The notes beneath the pieces were generated by a model, which was not told the DNA's origin, searched no databases, and was given only the letters and a program-made list of their open reading frames with translations. The position numbers were made by a program, and so were the translations under genes. A stretch of 28,728 nt of DNA from Clostridia bacterium (GTDB lineage Bacteria > Bacillota > Clostridia > TANB77 > RGIG9151): assembly GCA_016287855.1 (NCBI GenBank), contig JAEEXS010000008.1, forward strand, positions 1 to 28,728, read 5' to 3'. Every line of letters begins with the position of its first letter. Within the stretch, counting starts at the first letter, position 1. Positions 9,540 to 18,660 of the stretch are shown piece by piece.

Positions 9540-10802
9540 TTAAACCCCTTTATACTCACTTAAAGTAATTTTTATAGTATTCTCTTTACCATTTCTTGAA
9601 ATAACTAATGTTACCTTGTCTCCAGGAGATTTCTCCTTCAAAGCGCTTTTAATATCATCAGATTCTTTAACTGTTTTATCATCAATTGAAACAATTCTAT
9701 CTCCAGATTTTATACCAGCTTTTTCAGCATCAGAATCCTCTTCTACACTTCTTACATAAACACCCAAACTATCCACTCTATAAATCATAGCATCCCATGT
9801 ATCTTCAATATCTAGCAAATTAACACCAAGTTGAACTCTACCTCTAATATATCCATAAGTTTTTATCTCTGAAATTACATCTTTAACGTCATCTATAGGA
9901 ATAGCAAAACCAATACCCTCAATATCACTTCCAGCAGACTTTGCAATAACAATTCCAACTAACTCTGCTTTTCCATTAAACAACCCTCCACCAGAATTAC
10001 CAGGATTAACTGCAGCATTGGTTTGAAGCAAATTTATAACAATTCCATCTAAATCAATCTCCCTATCCTTCGCACTTATAATTCCATTTGTAACAGTAAA
10101 ACCAGATCCCAAAGGATTACCAACAACCACAGCAGTATCTCCAACAACTAACTTACTTGAATCACCTACAACAACAGGTTGCAAATCTTTAGCATCAATC
10201 TTTATAACAGCAATATCCGCATCACTACTTCTACCAATTATCTTTGCCTCATACGTTTTCTCATTTTTCAATTTAACCATTATCTTACTTGCACTTTTAA
10301 CAACATGATTATTAGTAACAATATATCCATCAGACGATATAATAACTCCACTACCTGCACCTTCAACAACATATTGACCTAAAATTCTACCTCTAACAAC
10401 ACTCTCTGTCGTTATTTCAACAACAGAATTTTCAGTAAGTTTAGCAATATCTTTAATAGCAAACTCCTCATTATTATCAGAACTTGCAACTGTCTTTATA
10501 ATATTAGAATATATCTCTCCTTCTATATTAGAAGATTCGCTTTTTGTTTTACTCATACTACCTATTACAACACCAATAGTAAGAGCAAACAAAATTGCCA
10601 TAACAATCAATACTCCGTTACTTTTAAAAATATTCTTATTTTCTTTCTTTGCAATACTTGTAACTTCGCTACTATAACTTCCTTCGTCATTTTCCTTAAA
10701 AGATTCTGTGTTATAGTTAGAAGTTCCAAAGCCTTCGTTATAACCAGTATCCCCATTATTATAGTTTTCTCCTATGTTACTGTTATTCTCTTCATTATCC
10801 AT
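9540..10802 (-). CDS. htrA: HtrA/DegP-family trypsin-like serine protease with PDZ domain
   Basis: N/E/G-rich cytoplasmic tail, one TM, and triad contexts TNNHVV, DIAVIKI and GNSGGGLF. C-terminal PDZ (AEKAGIKSGDRIVSIDDKTV). Confidence 0.9.
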   Translation of the reverse strand: MDNEENNSNIGENYNNGDTGYNEGFGTSNYNTESFKENDEGSYSSEVTSIAKKENKNIFKSNGVLIVMAILFALTIGVVIGSMSKTKSESSNIEGEIYSNIIKTVASSDNNEEFAIKDIAKLTENSVVEITTESVVRGRILGQYVVEGAGSGVIISSDGYIVTNNHVVKSASKIMVKLKNEKTYEAKIIGRSSDADIAVIKIDAKDLQPVVVGDSSKLVVGDTAVVVGNPLGSGFTVTNGIISAKDREIDLDGIVINLLQTNAAVNPGNSGGGLFNGKAELVGIVIAKSAGSDIEGIGFAIPIDDVKDVISEIKTYGYIRGRVQLGVNLLDIEDTWDAMIYRVDSLGVYVRSVEEDSDAEKAGIKSGDRIVSIDDKTVKESDDIKSALKEKSPGDKVTLVISRNGKENTIKITLSEYKGV

Positions 10803-10881
10803 ATCTTATCAATCCTTTCTTCTGTTGTAATTTTACTCACACTCTATTACACAAATTATTGTAAAAATTTATAAATAACTA

Positions 10882-10911
10882 TTGATTTTTACATATAATA
10901 TATAGTATAAT
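10882..10911 (+). promoter_or_regulatory. Candidate sigma-A promoter for tRNA-Arg
   Basis: TTGATT (10882-10887), an 18-nt spacer, then TATAAT (10906-10911). It lies 19 nt upstream of the mature tRNA 5' end. Confidence 0.5.
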
Positions 10912-10930
10912 AATGAAGTTGAGTAAATAT

Positions 10931-11007
10931 GTGCCTGTAGCTCAGTTGGATAGAGCAACGGCCTTCTAAGCCGTTGGCCGGACGTTCGAGTCGTCTCAGG
11001 CACGCCA
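10931..11007 (+). tRNA. tRNA-Arg (anticodon UCU), CCA encoded
   Basis: Hand-folded cloverleaf. Acceptor GTGCCTG/CAGGCAC, D-arm GCTC-AGTTGGATA-GAGC, anticodon arm ACGGC-CTTCTAA-GCCGT (anticodon TCT). Variable loop TGGCC, T-arm GGACG-TTCGAGT-CGTCT, discriminator G, then CCA. Confidence 0.9.
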
Positions 11008-11040
11008 TAAAAGTTAAGTCGTAAGACTTAACTTTTTTTG
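11008..11040 (+). terminator. Rho-independent terminator after tRNA-Arg
   Basis: AAGTTAAGTC (11011-11020), loop GTAA, GACTTAACTT (11025-11034), running into TTTTTTTG. Confidence 0.8.
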
Positions 11041-11160
11041 TTATTTAAAGGTCTTATGACTTTTTATATATCTTCATTAAAATTTATATCATTCAAAGAT
11101 TGAAATTTTATTGAAAATTTTACATTTGAATTATATCACAAAAAGTCAATAGGTTATACC

Positions 11161-12384
11161 CTATTTTTCAATATAATATTTTTTATCTTTAATCTTATCC
11201 GGCAAGTATTGTTGTTCAACATATCCACCTTCATAATCATGAGCGTACTTATATCCTTCACCATAACCAAACTCTCTCATTTCAGGAACTGGAGCATTCC
11301 TTATATGCATAGGAATTGTACCCGTATCTGTATTCATAACATCATCTAACGCCATATTAAGTCCCATATAACTAGCATTAGACTTAGGAGCCTTTGCAAC
11401 ATAAACCGCCATCTCAGCTAAAATAATTCTAGCTTCTGGCATACCTACGAGGTTTACTGCCTGTGCTCCAGCGTTTGCAACAACTAACGCATTAGGATCT
11501 GCCATTCCAACATCTTCAGCAGCACAAATGACAATACGACGAGCCAAAAACATAGGATCTTCTCCCCCGGCTATAGCTCGAGCCAAGTAAAACAAAGCAC
11601 CATCAGGGCTAGATCCCCTCATGGATTTAATAAAGGCACTAATATTATCATAATGAGAATCACCGTTTTTATCAAATTCAGTAACCCTTTGTTGAGTACA
11701 TTCCTCAACAGTTTTTTTATCTATATGTATACCACCATCAGGACCCATATCCGTAGTAAGGACAGCCATCTCCAAAATATTTAAAGCTTTCCTCACATCA
11801 CCCTTAGCAAGTTCCGCTATATGTGGAATCGTACCTTCTTCAAAATTAATAATATAATTTCCTAAACCTCTTTCCTTATCTTCCAATGCATGATTTAGTG
11901 CCTTAATAATATCATCCTTTTTTAACGGTTCTAGTTTAAAAACAGTAGACCTAGAAATAAGAGCTTTATTAACCTCAAAATAAGGATTTTCAGTGGTAGC
12001 TCCAATTAAAATAACTGTACCATCTTCAACGTACGGAAGTAGTGCATCTTGTTGGCTCTTATTAAATCTATGTATTTCATCAATAAATAAAACTACTTTT
12101 CCCGAAGGATTCATAAGTAGGTTTTTAGCTTCTGTTATAATATTTTTTATATCACTAACCCCAGAATTAACAGCGTTAAGCTTTTTAAAACTGTTCTTTG
12201 TCATCTTAGCAATAACTTGCGCCATCGCAGTTTTTCCACAACCAGGAGGACCCCATAAAATAATTGAGGTAAGTCTATCTGCCTTAATTGCTCTGGTAAG
12301 TAATTTATCTTTTCCTAAAATGTGTTCTTGTCCATAAAATTCATCTAAGTTTCTAGGACACATTCTGTATGCTAATGGTTCCAT
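11161..12384 (-). CDS. rarA: Replication-associated recombination protein A (MgsA/RarA AAA+ ATPase)
   Basis: 407 aa. Walker A GPPGCGKT, Walker B LFIDEIHRFNKSQQD, GATTENPYFEVN, and the C-terminal MgsA domain (HYDNISAFIKSMRGSSPDGALFYLARAI). Confidence 0.95.
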   Translation of the reverse strand: MEPLAYRMCPRNLDEFYGQEHILGKDKLLTRAIKADRLTSIILWGPPGCGKTAMAQVIAKMTKNSFKKLNAVNSGVSDIKNIITEAKNLLMNPSGKVVLFIDEIHRFNKSQQDALLPYVEDGTVILIGATTENPYFEVNKALISRSTVFKLEPLKKDDIIKALNHALEDKERGLGNYIINFEEGTIPHIAELAKGDVRKALNILEMAVLTTDMGPDGGIHIDKKTVEECTQQRVTEFDKNGDSHYDNISAFIKSMRGSSPDGALFYLARAIAGGEDPMFLARRIVICAAEDVGMADPNALVVANAGAQAVNLVGMPEARIILAEMAVYVAKAPKSNASYMGLNMALDDVMNTDTGTIPMHIRNAPVPEMREFGYGEGYKYAHDYEGGYVEQQYLPDKIKDKKYYIEK

Positions 12385-12420
12385 TTCTTCTCTCCTTTTA
12401 TTATTTTTATATTGCCTAAA

Positions 12421-13269
12421 CTATTGACCGAAACCTTCGCCAAGTACTTCTCTAGCATCAGTAACAATAATAAAAGCCTTTTTATCTATAGATTTTGCAA
12501 TAGCCTTAATAACCGGGATTTGCCTTCTATCTACGACAGTAAGCAGTACTTTTTTACCTGTTCCTGAATATAAGCCTTCGCCATTTACCCCAGTAACACC
12601 ACGTCCAACTTCACTTAAAATTCTACTTCCTATTTCATCTCCATTATCTGAAATTATAAACATAGCCTTTGCAAAACCAACTCCTGTAAAAACTAAATCT
12701 ATAATTTTAGCCGAAAGCCAAATAGTAATAATCGCATAAAGTCCTACATCAAAATTTCTAAAAACGCACATAGCAAAAATAACAACAAAGCCGTCAATTA
12801 CAAATAGCTGTTCACCCACGTTAAAAGCCGGGAAATATTTATTAACAACCCTAGCCAAAATATCTGTTCCACCAGTTGTAGCATTCCCCTTAAAAACTAA
12901 TGCCATTCCTAATCCCATAACTATTCCACCAAAAAGTGAGGCAAGTAACATATCATCTGTAATCTGAGGCAACCATAAAGTATTATCTAGAAAAAAAGAC
13001 AATAAAATTGTCGCAATTAAAGTTTTTACACTAAATCGTTTCCCAAACGCAATAAAACCCGCAATAAATAAAGGAATATTCAAAACTAGAACTATACTAC
13101 CAACAGAAAAACCAGTTAAATAATGAATTACGGTAGCTAGTCCACTTACCCCACCTGGAGCAATTTTTAACTTTAAGAAAAATGAGTTGATAGAAATCGT
13201 AATAAGCAAAACTCCTATCAACACACTTAGCGCATTAAATATACCTCTTCTTATCTTTGCTGCTTCCAT
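12421..13269 (-). CDS. YitT-family membrane protein (DUF2179 C-terminal domain)
   Basis: 282 aa. Polytopic, with GGVSGLATVIHY and GGTDILA motifs and a soluble C-terminal domain (VLLTVVDRRQIPVIKAIAKSIDKKAFIIVTDAREVLGEGF). Confidence 0.85.
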   Translation of the reverse strand: MEAAKIRRGIFNALSVLIGVLLITISINSFFLKLKIAPGGVSGLATVIHYLTGFSVGSIVLVLNIPLFIAGFIAFGKRFSVKTLIATILLSFFLDNTLWLPQITDDMLLASLFGGIVMGLGMALVFKGNATTGGTDILARVVNKYFPAFNVGEQLFVIDGFVVIFAMCVFRNFDVGLYAIITIWLSAKIIDLVFTGVGFAKAMFIISDNGDEIGSRILSEVGRGVTGVNGEGLYSGTGKKVLLTVVDRRQIPVIKAIAKSIDKKAFIIVTDAREVLGEGFGQ

Positions 13270-13291
13270 AATTAACCTCTCTTTTTATCAA

Positions 13292-14011
13292 TTATTTTTG
13301 TTTCCTACTTCTTTTTACTCTATACATAAACCTTGGAAGCGTAATAATCCTTTTTAGTCTTCTAAAATCACTACAAGACCTATAAAGCCACTCTAATCCT
13401 AAATCTATAAAAATTTTTGGAGCTCTTTTAGTTTTTCCTGAAATAACATCTAAACAGCCTCCAACGCCAATTGCGATTTTACAATCTAACTTATTTCTAT
13501 ATTTATATATAAATCTCTCTTGTTTAGGAGCCCCCATAGCCACTAATAAAACATCAGGTTTAACCGCATTTATCTTATCTAAAATTTCTTTTTCTTCTTC
13601 AACAGAAAAATAACCATCATTGGTTCCAACTATCTTTATTCCAAGATATTTCTCCTCAATTTTCTCTTTTGCAAGATCTGCTATCCCAGGCTTTGCCCCT
13701 AAAAGGAAAAACGATATATCCATATCTTGACCCAATTCAAAAATTCTATGTATAAAATCAAAGCCCGTAACTCTTTCGAATATAGGCTCCTTTAATTTTT
13801 TAGCTGCCCAAACAACCCCTTTTCCATCAGGGATGTTTAAATCAGCCGAATTTAAAATATTCTTAAACTCCTCATCATTCTGAGCAGCCATAACAATCTC
13901 TGGATTAGGCGTACAAATAAAATGCAACTTACTTTCAACCAAAAACTCCTCCGCTTTTTTTACTGCTTCATCCATCGAAACATTATCTACACGAATACCA
14001 AGTAAGTCCAT
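13292..14011 (-). CDS. tagA: WecG/TagA/CpsF-family glycosyltransferase (ManNAc transferase type)
   Basis: 239 aa. TPNPEIVM, ADLNIPDGKGVVWA, FLLGAKPG, VAMGAPKQERFI and GVGGCLDVISGKTKRAPK match the family by eye. The exact substrate is not determinable. Confidence 0.85.
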   Translation of the reverse strand: MDLLGIRVDNVSMDEAVKKAEEFLVESKLHFICTPNPEIVMAAQNDEEFKNILNSADLNIPDGKGVVWAAKKLKEPIFERVTGFDFIHRIFELGQDMDISFFLLGAKPGIADLAKEKIEEKYLGIKIVGTNDGYFSVEEEKEILDKINAVKPDVLLVAMGAPKQERFIYKYRNKLDCKIAIGVGGCLDVISGKTKRAPKIFIDLGLEWLYRSCSDFRRLKRIITLPRFMYRVKRSRKQK

Positions 14012-14030
14012 TTATCTCTCTCCTTTAATA

Positions 14031-15122
14031 TTAACCTTCCATTTCACTTTCAAGCAAAATTTCATCTAAACTTCTTATAGTAAGTTTTTCAAAATCATTT
14101 ATAGCATTAAGCATATTATCTACCGGGAAAGTATTCTTCATAATCCAACTTACAGCTGGCATAATTTGCTCTTTAGAAAGTTCGCTATAAGTACAAACCG
14201 GCGACATACCAAGCATATCTAAAAATCCATCAATCTTAGGATCATAAGAAACCCCAAGAAGAGGTACTCCCATCTTAGCCGAAAATATAAGAGAATGAAG
14301 CCTTACACCAATATTTAAAGTCATAGCACCCATCATACCCATAATCTCAGATGGCAAATAACTATCTGCAACGATATATGCACGATTAGTCATTCTAGAA
14401 CAAATATCATTTATATACTTAACATCTTCATTTTTATGGAACGCATAAAAAACAATCTTAGCATTAAATCTATTTATACACTCATCAGCAATTTTTGCAA
14501 AAACTCCAGCTTTATCTTGAGTTCCCCAAGGTCTAGGAGAAATACCAATAATAGGTCTTCCATCTTCTGTTCTTATCCCAGCCTTAGCAAGTAAAACACT
14601 AATCTGATCCCTACTAGGCGGATTTAACATAAAAACAGCATCAGAAGATAAAGTGATATTAGGTTTTACTACTCCTATTTCACGCAAAGTATCTATAGAG
14701 ATTTCATCTCTTATCCATAATTTCTTACTACGATTTAATGTAATCTTAGTAATAAGCTCATTAGTCTTCTTAGTTATAGGGCCAATTCCCTGATATGCTA
14801 TATATATATGTTTTCCCATAATCCGGCAAAGATTTATAAAACCAGTATAATACCACAAACTATATGTACTTGTAACATCCTGAATCAAGCTTCCTCCCCC
14901 AAGAATTACAAAATCACAACTCTTAATCGCAGTTTTCATATCTTGAAGTCTTTGTCTATTATATGCCTCTACTCCGTAAAGTTGTGAAGAGGTAACCCTA
15001 TCTCCAGAAAGCATTAAAACTTCATAGCCTCTTCTTTTCAATTCTTTAATAAGTGCTTCTGCTATTGCTTCATCTCCGATATTATTTTCTCCATAATATC
15101 CTGCTAATAAGACTTTCTTCAT
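14031..15122 (-). CDS. csaB: Polysaccharide pyruvyl transferase CsaB
   Basis: 363 aa. N-terminal LLAGYYGENNIGDEAIAEAL and GGGSLIQDVTSTYSLWYY are CsaB hallmarks. Confidence 0.85.
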   Translation of the reverse strand: MKKVLLAGYYGENNIGDEAIAEALIKELKRRGYEVLMLSGDRVTSSQLYGVEAYNRQRLQDMKTAIKSCDFVILGGGSLIQDVTSTYSLWYYTGFINLCRIMGKHIYIAYQGIGPITKKTNELITKITLNRSKKLWIRDEISIDTLREIGVVKPNITLSSDAVFMLNPPSRDQISVLLAKAGIRTEDGRPIIGISPRPWGTQDKAGVFAKIADECINRFNAKIVFYAFHKNEDVKYINDICSRMTNRAYIVADSYLPSEIMGMMGAMTLNIGVRLHSLIFSAKMGVPLLGVSYDPKIDGFLDMLGMSPVCTYSELSKEQIMPAVSWIMKNTFPVDNMLNAINDFEKLTIRSLDEILLESEMEG

Positions 15123-15145
15123 TGGAAACTATGACCTCCTTTATA

Positions 15146-17218
15146 TTAAAACTTCTCTTTAATTTTATCTACTATTACAACACATATACTACCAATAATA
15201 ATTGCAAAAATCAAGCTGAAAATTGTACTTAATGTAGTCACAAATACCGGCATTCTTATATGGCAAAAAGAATTAATAACATTTTCTATACCAATCATAC
15301 CGGCACCCATCGCAATACAACTCCACTCTCTATTCTTAAACTTAGCTAGGCATGGTATTAATAGCAATATTGGAAAAGCTATAAGCTCTTTTGTTCTAGG
15401 TCTTGCGACCAAATATTTTTCTAATAAATTTCTAAACATAAGCTCTAAGCTACTTGCAGAAGATACCATCGTATTACCACTGCGCATAACGATTATAGCT
15501 AAAGCTACAAGAATTACACCCGCTATTGCAACGTATTTAACAGTAACTTGAGTCTCAAATAGTTTTTTACATTGTTCAAGAAGCGGTAAAGGTTTATTAT
15601 TACTATCTTTAAATAAACCTATCTTCATAACATAAGCAAAGCCCCAAATCAAAAGTGGAAGTAAGAACGAAATCTTAACACCTCTAAAAGTATCTAACTT
15701 CAAAATATATTTAGAATCAGATAAAATGGCTCCAACAAATACCCCACCTATTCCTGCAACTAAAACAGAAACTATTAATAATAAAATTCCTTCCTTAATA
15801 TTAGACTTATCTTTTAACTCTCGACAATGTTCAGAATACTCAATTAACCAAACACCACCAATAGAAGCAAACGATATAGTCGCAATTAAGGCTAAAAGCT
15901 TATTTGCTAAATCACCAAACAAATTATATACCAATGGTATTAAATATATAAACATTAACCCTAAGAGTATAATTCCATATAAAATGTATATTGCCTTCAA
16001 AAATTTTTTCAATTTATCTTCTTCAAAAACAATGAGTAACAAGAAAAAGCCTGAACTAATAATTCCAAAGCCCATAATTAATTGGAAATACCTATTTTGT
16101 TTAACACTTCCTAAACCTTTAGCATTACCTAGTTCCATACCCATATACTTTATTCTATTTTTTATTTCCTTTATAGCTTTTAACGTATTTTCACAGTTTT
16201 CAGAAACGGTCTTTTCTGCCTTAGCCAAAGGTCTTACATAAAGAATTCTAACATTTCTTTGAGAAATAGCCCTTCCCCACTGTTCAACTAATCCCTCATA
16301 AGTCAATTTTTGAAGTTGAGCTAAATCCGTTGAATATACCTTTGTATTAACATAGTTAGAATATTTTGAAAGGCTCTTTATTCCCCTTTGAATGGTTTCT
16401 AAATCAGTCTCAGCAGGTTTCTCAATAATAGCTGTAATTATTTCAGCATCAGTTTGAGAAAATTTTTCTCCAATAAATTTTAAAATTTCCTCTTTTTCAT
16501 CTTGATAATCTTGACCAAATACAGTAACTCCAGCAAAAATTATAGTCTTTACTTTATACTTTTTAACTTGAGAATATAAACTATCTACTTCTTCAGGAGT
16601 TATACCTTCGTGATTCTCAACTCTAGGTATTATATTGTTAAAACCAAGCTTAGTAGCTTCTTCAAAGTCTTCATCAGTTAAGCCTAAGCCAACGTTTTTC
16701 ACTTTATCCATACTACGATTAATTAAAATACAAAAATTATTTCCTTCTTTAAAATCAACCGTTATACCTCTAAATCTAGTTTTAAAAGAATTTATTAAAA
16801 AATTATATGTATCTTCATTATTCCCCAAAACCAAAGTAACATTTGAATAAGGAATCAAATTATTATCCAAATAGCTTTTAGCACTAGTAGCTAAAGACGA
16901 ATATTCATTGTTAAAATGAACATTTAAATAATTTAAATCAACCCCAGAATATAATAAAATTTTTCCTTCGTCCTTCATATCTAGTAAACGCTCTTCCGAA
17001 ATCGCAATAGAAGTCACACCACTACTAATTAATTTACCAGCCATCTCTTTTTCAGGTATATTCAATTGAAGAGCAATGTCTGAAAAATCTTTATAATCTG
17101 CTACAATTTCAACCATTTTATTCCTTTGCTCAGCAAGAAAACGTAAAGTTATTTGAAATCCTGCAAAAAGGAAACCTATAACCATAATAATTAGTAATAT
17201 TTTCTTAAATCTCTTCAT
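15146..17218 (-). CDS. Large polytopic membrane protein, DUF5693-like
   Basis: 690 aa from the ATG at 17218, which has a strong RBS (AGGAGGAG 6 nt upstream); the ORF-track start at 17269 is rejected. N-terminal TM, a ~370-aa soluble domain, then about 8-10 TM helices. The family name is from memory of csaB neighbourhoods and is less certain than the CDS call. Confidence 0.6.
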   Translation of the reverse strand: MKRFKKILLIIMVIGFLFAGFQITLRFLAEQRNKMVEIVADYKDFSDIALQLNIPEKEMAGKLISSGVTSIAISEERLLDMKDEGKILLYSGVDLNYLNVHFNNEYSSLATSAKSYLDNNLIPYSNVTLVLGNNEDTYNFLINSFKTRFRGITVDFKEGNNFCILINRSMDKVKNVGLGLTDEDFEEATKLGFNNIIPRVENHEGITPEEVDSLYSQVKKYKVKTIIFAGVTVFGQDYQDEKEEILKFIGEKFSQTDAEIITAIIEKPAETDLETIQRGIKSLSKYSNYVNTKVYSTDLAQLQKLTYEGLVEQWGRAISQRNVRILYVRPLAKAEKTVSENCENTLKAIKEIKNRIKYMGMELGNAKGLGSVKQNRYFQLIMGFGIISSGFFLLLIVFEEDKLKKFLKAIYILYGIILLGLMFIYLIPLVYNLFGDLANKLLALIATISFASIGGVWLIEYSEHCRELKDKSNIKEGILLLIVSVLVAGIGGVFVGAILSDSKYILKLDTFRGVKISFLLPLLIWGFAYVMKIGLFKDSNNKPLPLLEQCKKLFETQVTVKYVAIAGVILVALAIIVMRSGNTMVSSASSLELMFRNLLEKYLVARPRTKELIAFPILLLIPCLAKFKNREWSCIAMGAGMIGIENVINSFCHIRMPVFVTTLSTIFSLIFAIIIGSICVVIVDKIKEKF

Positions 17219-17242
17219 ATGTATGCTCCTCCTATCTTTCAC

Positions 17243-17271
17243 ATTATATAATTTAAATATATTTTGCACAA
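17243..17271 (-). promoter_or_regulatory. Candidate promoter for the DUF5693-csaB-tagA run
   Basis: On the reverse strand: TTGTGC (17271-17266), a 17-nt spacer, then TATAAT (17248-17243). It is overlapped by the small palindrome TTTTGC-N5-GCAAAA (17262-17278). Confidence 0.35.
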
Positions 17272-17347
17272 GGCAAAATTTTTATTAATTTTTATCAAAA
17301 TTTATACGATAAAGTAGATGTATTTTGAGTATTTTTAATCAATAATC

Positions 17348-17376
17348 TTGTCAAAATACGACAAATGTGTTAAAAT
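17348..17376 (+). promoter_or_regulatory. Candidate strong sigma-A promoter of the T4SS-like operon
   Basis: TTGTCA (17348-17353), a 17-nt spacer, then an extended -10 TGtTAAAAT (17368-17376). It lies ~50 nt upstream of the first ATG. The inverted repeat TTGTC-N7-GACAA (17348-17364) overlaps the -35. Confidence 0.5.
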
Positions 17377-17427
17377 ATAAACATAATATATAGTTTTTAT
17401 GTAGAATTATTATGAGGAGATGAGTAA

Positions 17428-17826
17428 ATGCGCAAATTTTTTTCAATTATATTTAGCTTAATTCTACTATTTAATATATTTACTACTGACGTTTATGCCT
17501 TCTCTCTTCCGTTTAATGGTGATAATTTCATCAAAGCTGGTAGTCGTACTGAAGAAGCAAAAAATGAAACAAAAGCACTCATAGACTCTGTAGATGAAGG
17601 ACTTGGTAAAGGACTTGAAGCTATACTTGTCATTCTCTACCAAATCGGAGATATAATAGCGATTTGTATATTTATCTTTTTTGGTATAAGATATGTAGTT
17701 GCTACACCTCAGAAAAAAGCCGATTTAAAGGCTTCTATGTATCCATATTTCATTGGGTTATTGTTGTATATAGTGGGAGTGCCAATCGCTATAACAATAA
17801 TAAATATATTCATAAATGTTTTTTAA
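17428..17826 (+). CDS. TrbC/VirB2-like small membrane protein (pilin-like), paralog 1
   Basis: 132 aa, RBS GAGGAG. Signal peptide MRKFFSIIFSLILLFNIFTTDVYA, a variable ~40-aa segment, hydrophobic helix, basic loop ATPQKKADLKASM, then a second hydrophobic helix. Confidence 0.6.
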   Translation: MRKFFSIIFSLILLFNIFTTDVYAFSLPFNGDNFIKAGSRTEEAKNETKALIDSVDEGLGKGLEAILVILYQIGDIIAICIFIFFGIRYVVATPQKKADLKASMYPYFIGLLLYIVGVPIAITIINIFINVF

Positions 17827-17843
17827 TTTAAGGAGGTTATTTT

Positions 17844-18248
17844 ATGAAAAAATTTTTTAAGGTTTTAAGTTTAGTTTTAGTATTTATGTTGGCAATCGCA
17901 CCTCTAGCAGTTTCTTTTGCTGCAGACCCATCACCAATGGCTAAACCTAGTATTACTGCTGATGACTCTTTTATTAATAATACTGGTGTAGGCAATTGGT
18001 TCGGTGCTGCTGCAGGGGCTCTTAAATTTATTGGATATGGTGTTGCCGTAGTAATGATTTTATGGCTAGGTATCCAATATATGCTTGCTCAACCTGCTAA
18101 AAAAGCTGAATTAAAAGGAAAAATGTGGTCAATGCTTATTGGTATTATTCTTTTAGTTGCTGGTGTTACTATAATTGATATTCTTTGGAATGCAGCTAGC
18201 GGTCTTGATGGCCAAGTAGAAACCTATTCAGATACTCAAAATCCATAA
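17844..18248 (+). CDS. TrbC/VirB2-like small membrane protein (pilin-like), paralog 2
   Basis: 134 aa, RBS AAGGAGG. Signal peptide ...LAVSFA, then FIGYGVAVVMILWLGIQYMLAQPAKKAELKGKMWSMLIGIILLVAG. Same architecture and loop motif as paralogs 1 and 3. Confidence 0.6.
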   Translation: MKKFFKVLSLVLVFMLAIAPLAVSFAADPSPMAKPSITADDSFINNTGVGNWFGAAAGALKFIGYGVAVVMILWLGIQYMLAQPAKKAELKGKMWSMLIGIILLVAGVTIIDILWNAASGLDGQVETYSDTQNP

Positions 18249-18277
18249 TAAAATATATTGTTAAATAGGAGTTTGCT

Positions 18278-18652
18278 ATGAATAAAGACGTTTTAAAAAT
18301 AATATCCATCTTTTTTATATTAATAATTGTGCTATTTAATTTTTCTTATGCTATCGATTACCATGAGATTTCTCAAGAAATTGAAGGTTATTTTGTAAAC
18401 GGAACAAATAATGATTCCAGTGTTAATCCTGAAACTTTAAGAGATAATATCTTAGGTATTTTTAAATACATAGGTTACTTTCTAGCAGTTTGCGTAATAT
18501 TAGTTACTGGCATCCAGTTTTTAACCGCAAATGCTCAAAAGAAAGCACAACTAAAAGAAAAATTATGGTACATAGCTATTGGCGTAATTATTTTAGCAGG
18601 CGGTATTCCTATGTATGAAGCAATAAGAGATGCTTTAATGAAGCTTAGATAG
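18278..18652 (+). CDS. TrbC/VirB2-like small membrane protein (pilin-like), paralog 3
   Basis: 124 aa, RBS TAGGAG. Signal peptide ...FNFSYA, then YIGYFLAVCVILVTGIQFLTANAQKKAQLKEKLWYIAIGVIILAGG. Confidence 0.6.
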   Translation: MNKDVLKIISIFFILIIVLFNFSYAIDYHEISQEIEGYFVNGTNNDSSVNPETLRDNILGIFKYIGYFLAVCVILVTGIQFLTANAQKKAQLKEKLWYIAIGVIILAGGIPMYEAIRDALMKLR

Positions 18653-18660
18653 TTATAATA

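Noticed and set aside
10931-17427. tRNA-Arg as the integration site of an ICE carrying the T4SS genes
   Set aside because: Five opposite-strand housekeeping/envelope genes (rarA, yitT, tagA, csaB, DUF5693-like) lie between the tRNA and the operon. I could find no copy of the tRNA 3' end near 17.3 kb.
17428-18652. The three small genes as holins or bacteriocin/immunity peptides
   Set aside because: They have cleavable-type signal peptides, and the helix / basic loop / helix layout fits VirB2/TrbC better. No lysin, ABC exporter or double-glycine leader is adjacent. This is still unverified without profile searches.
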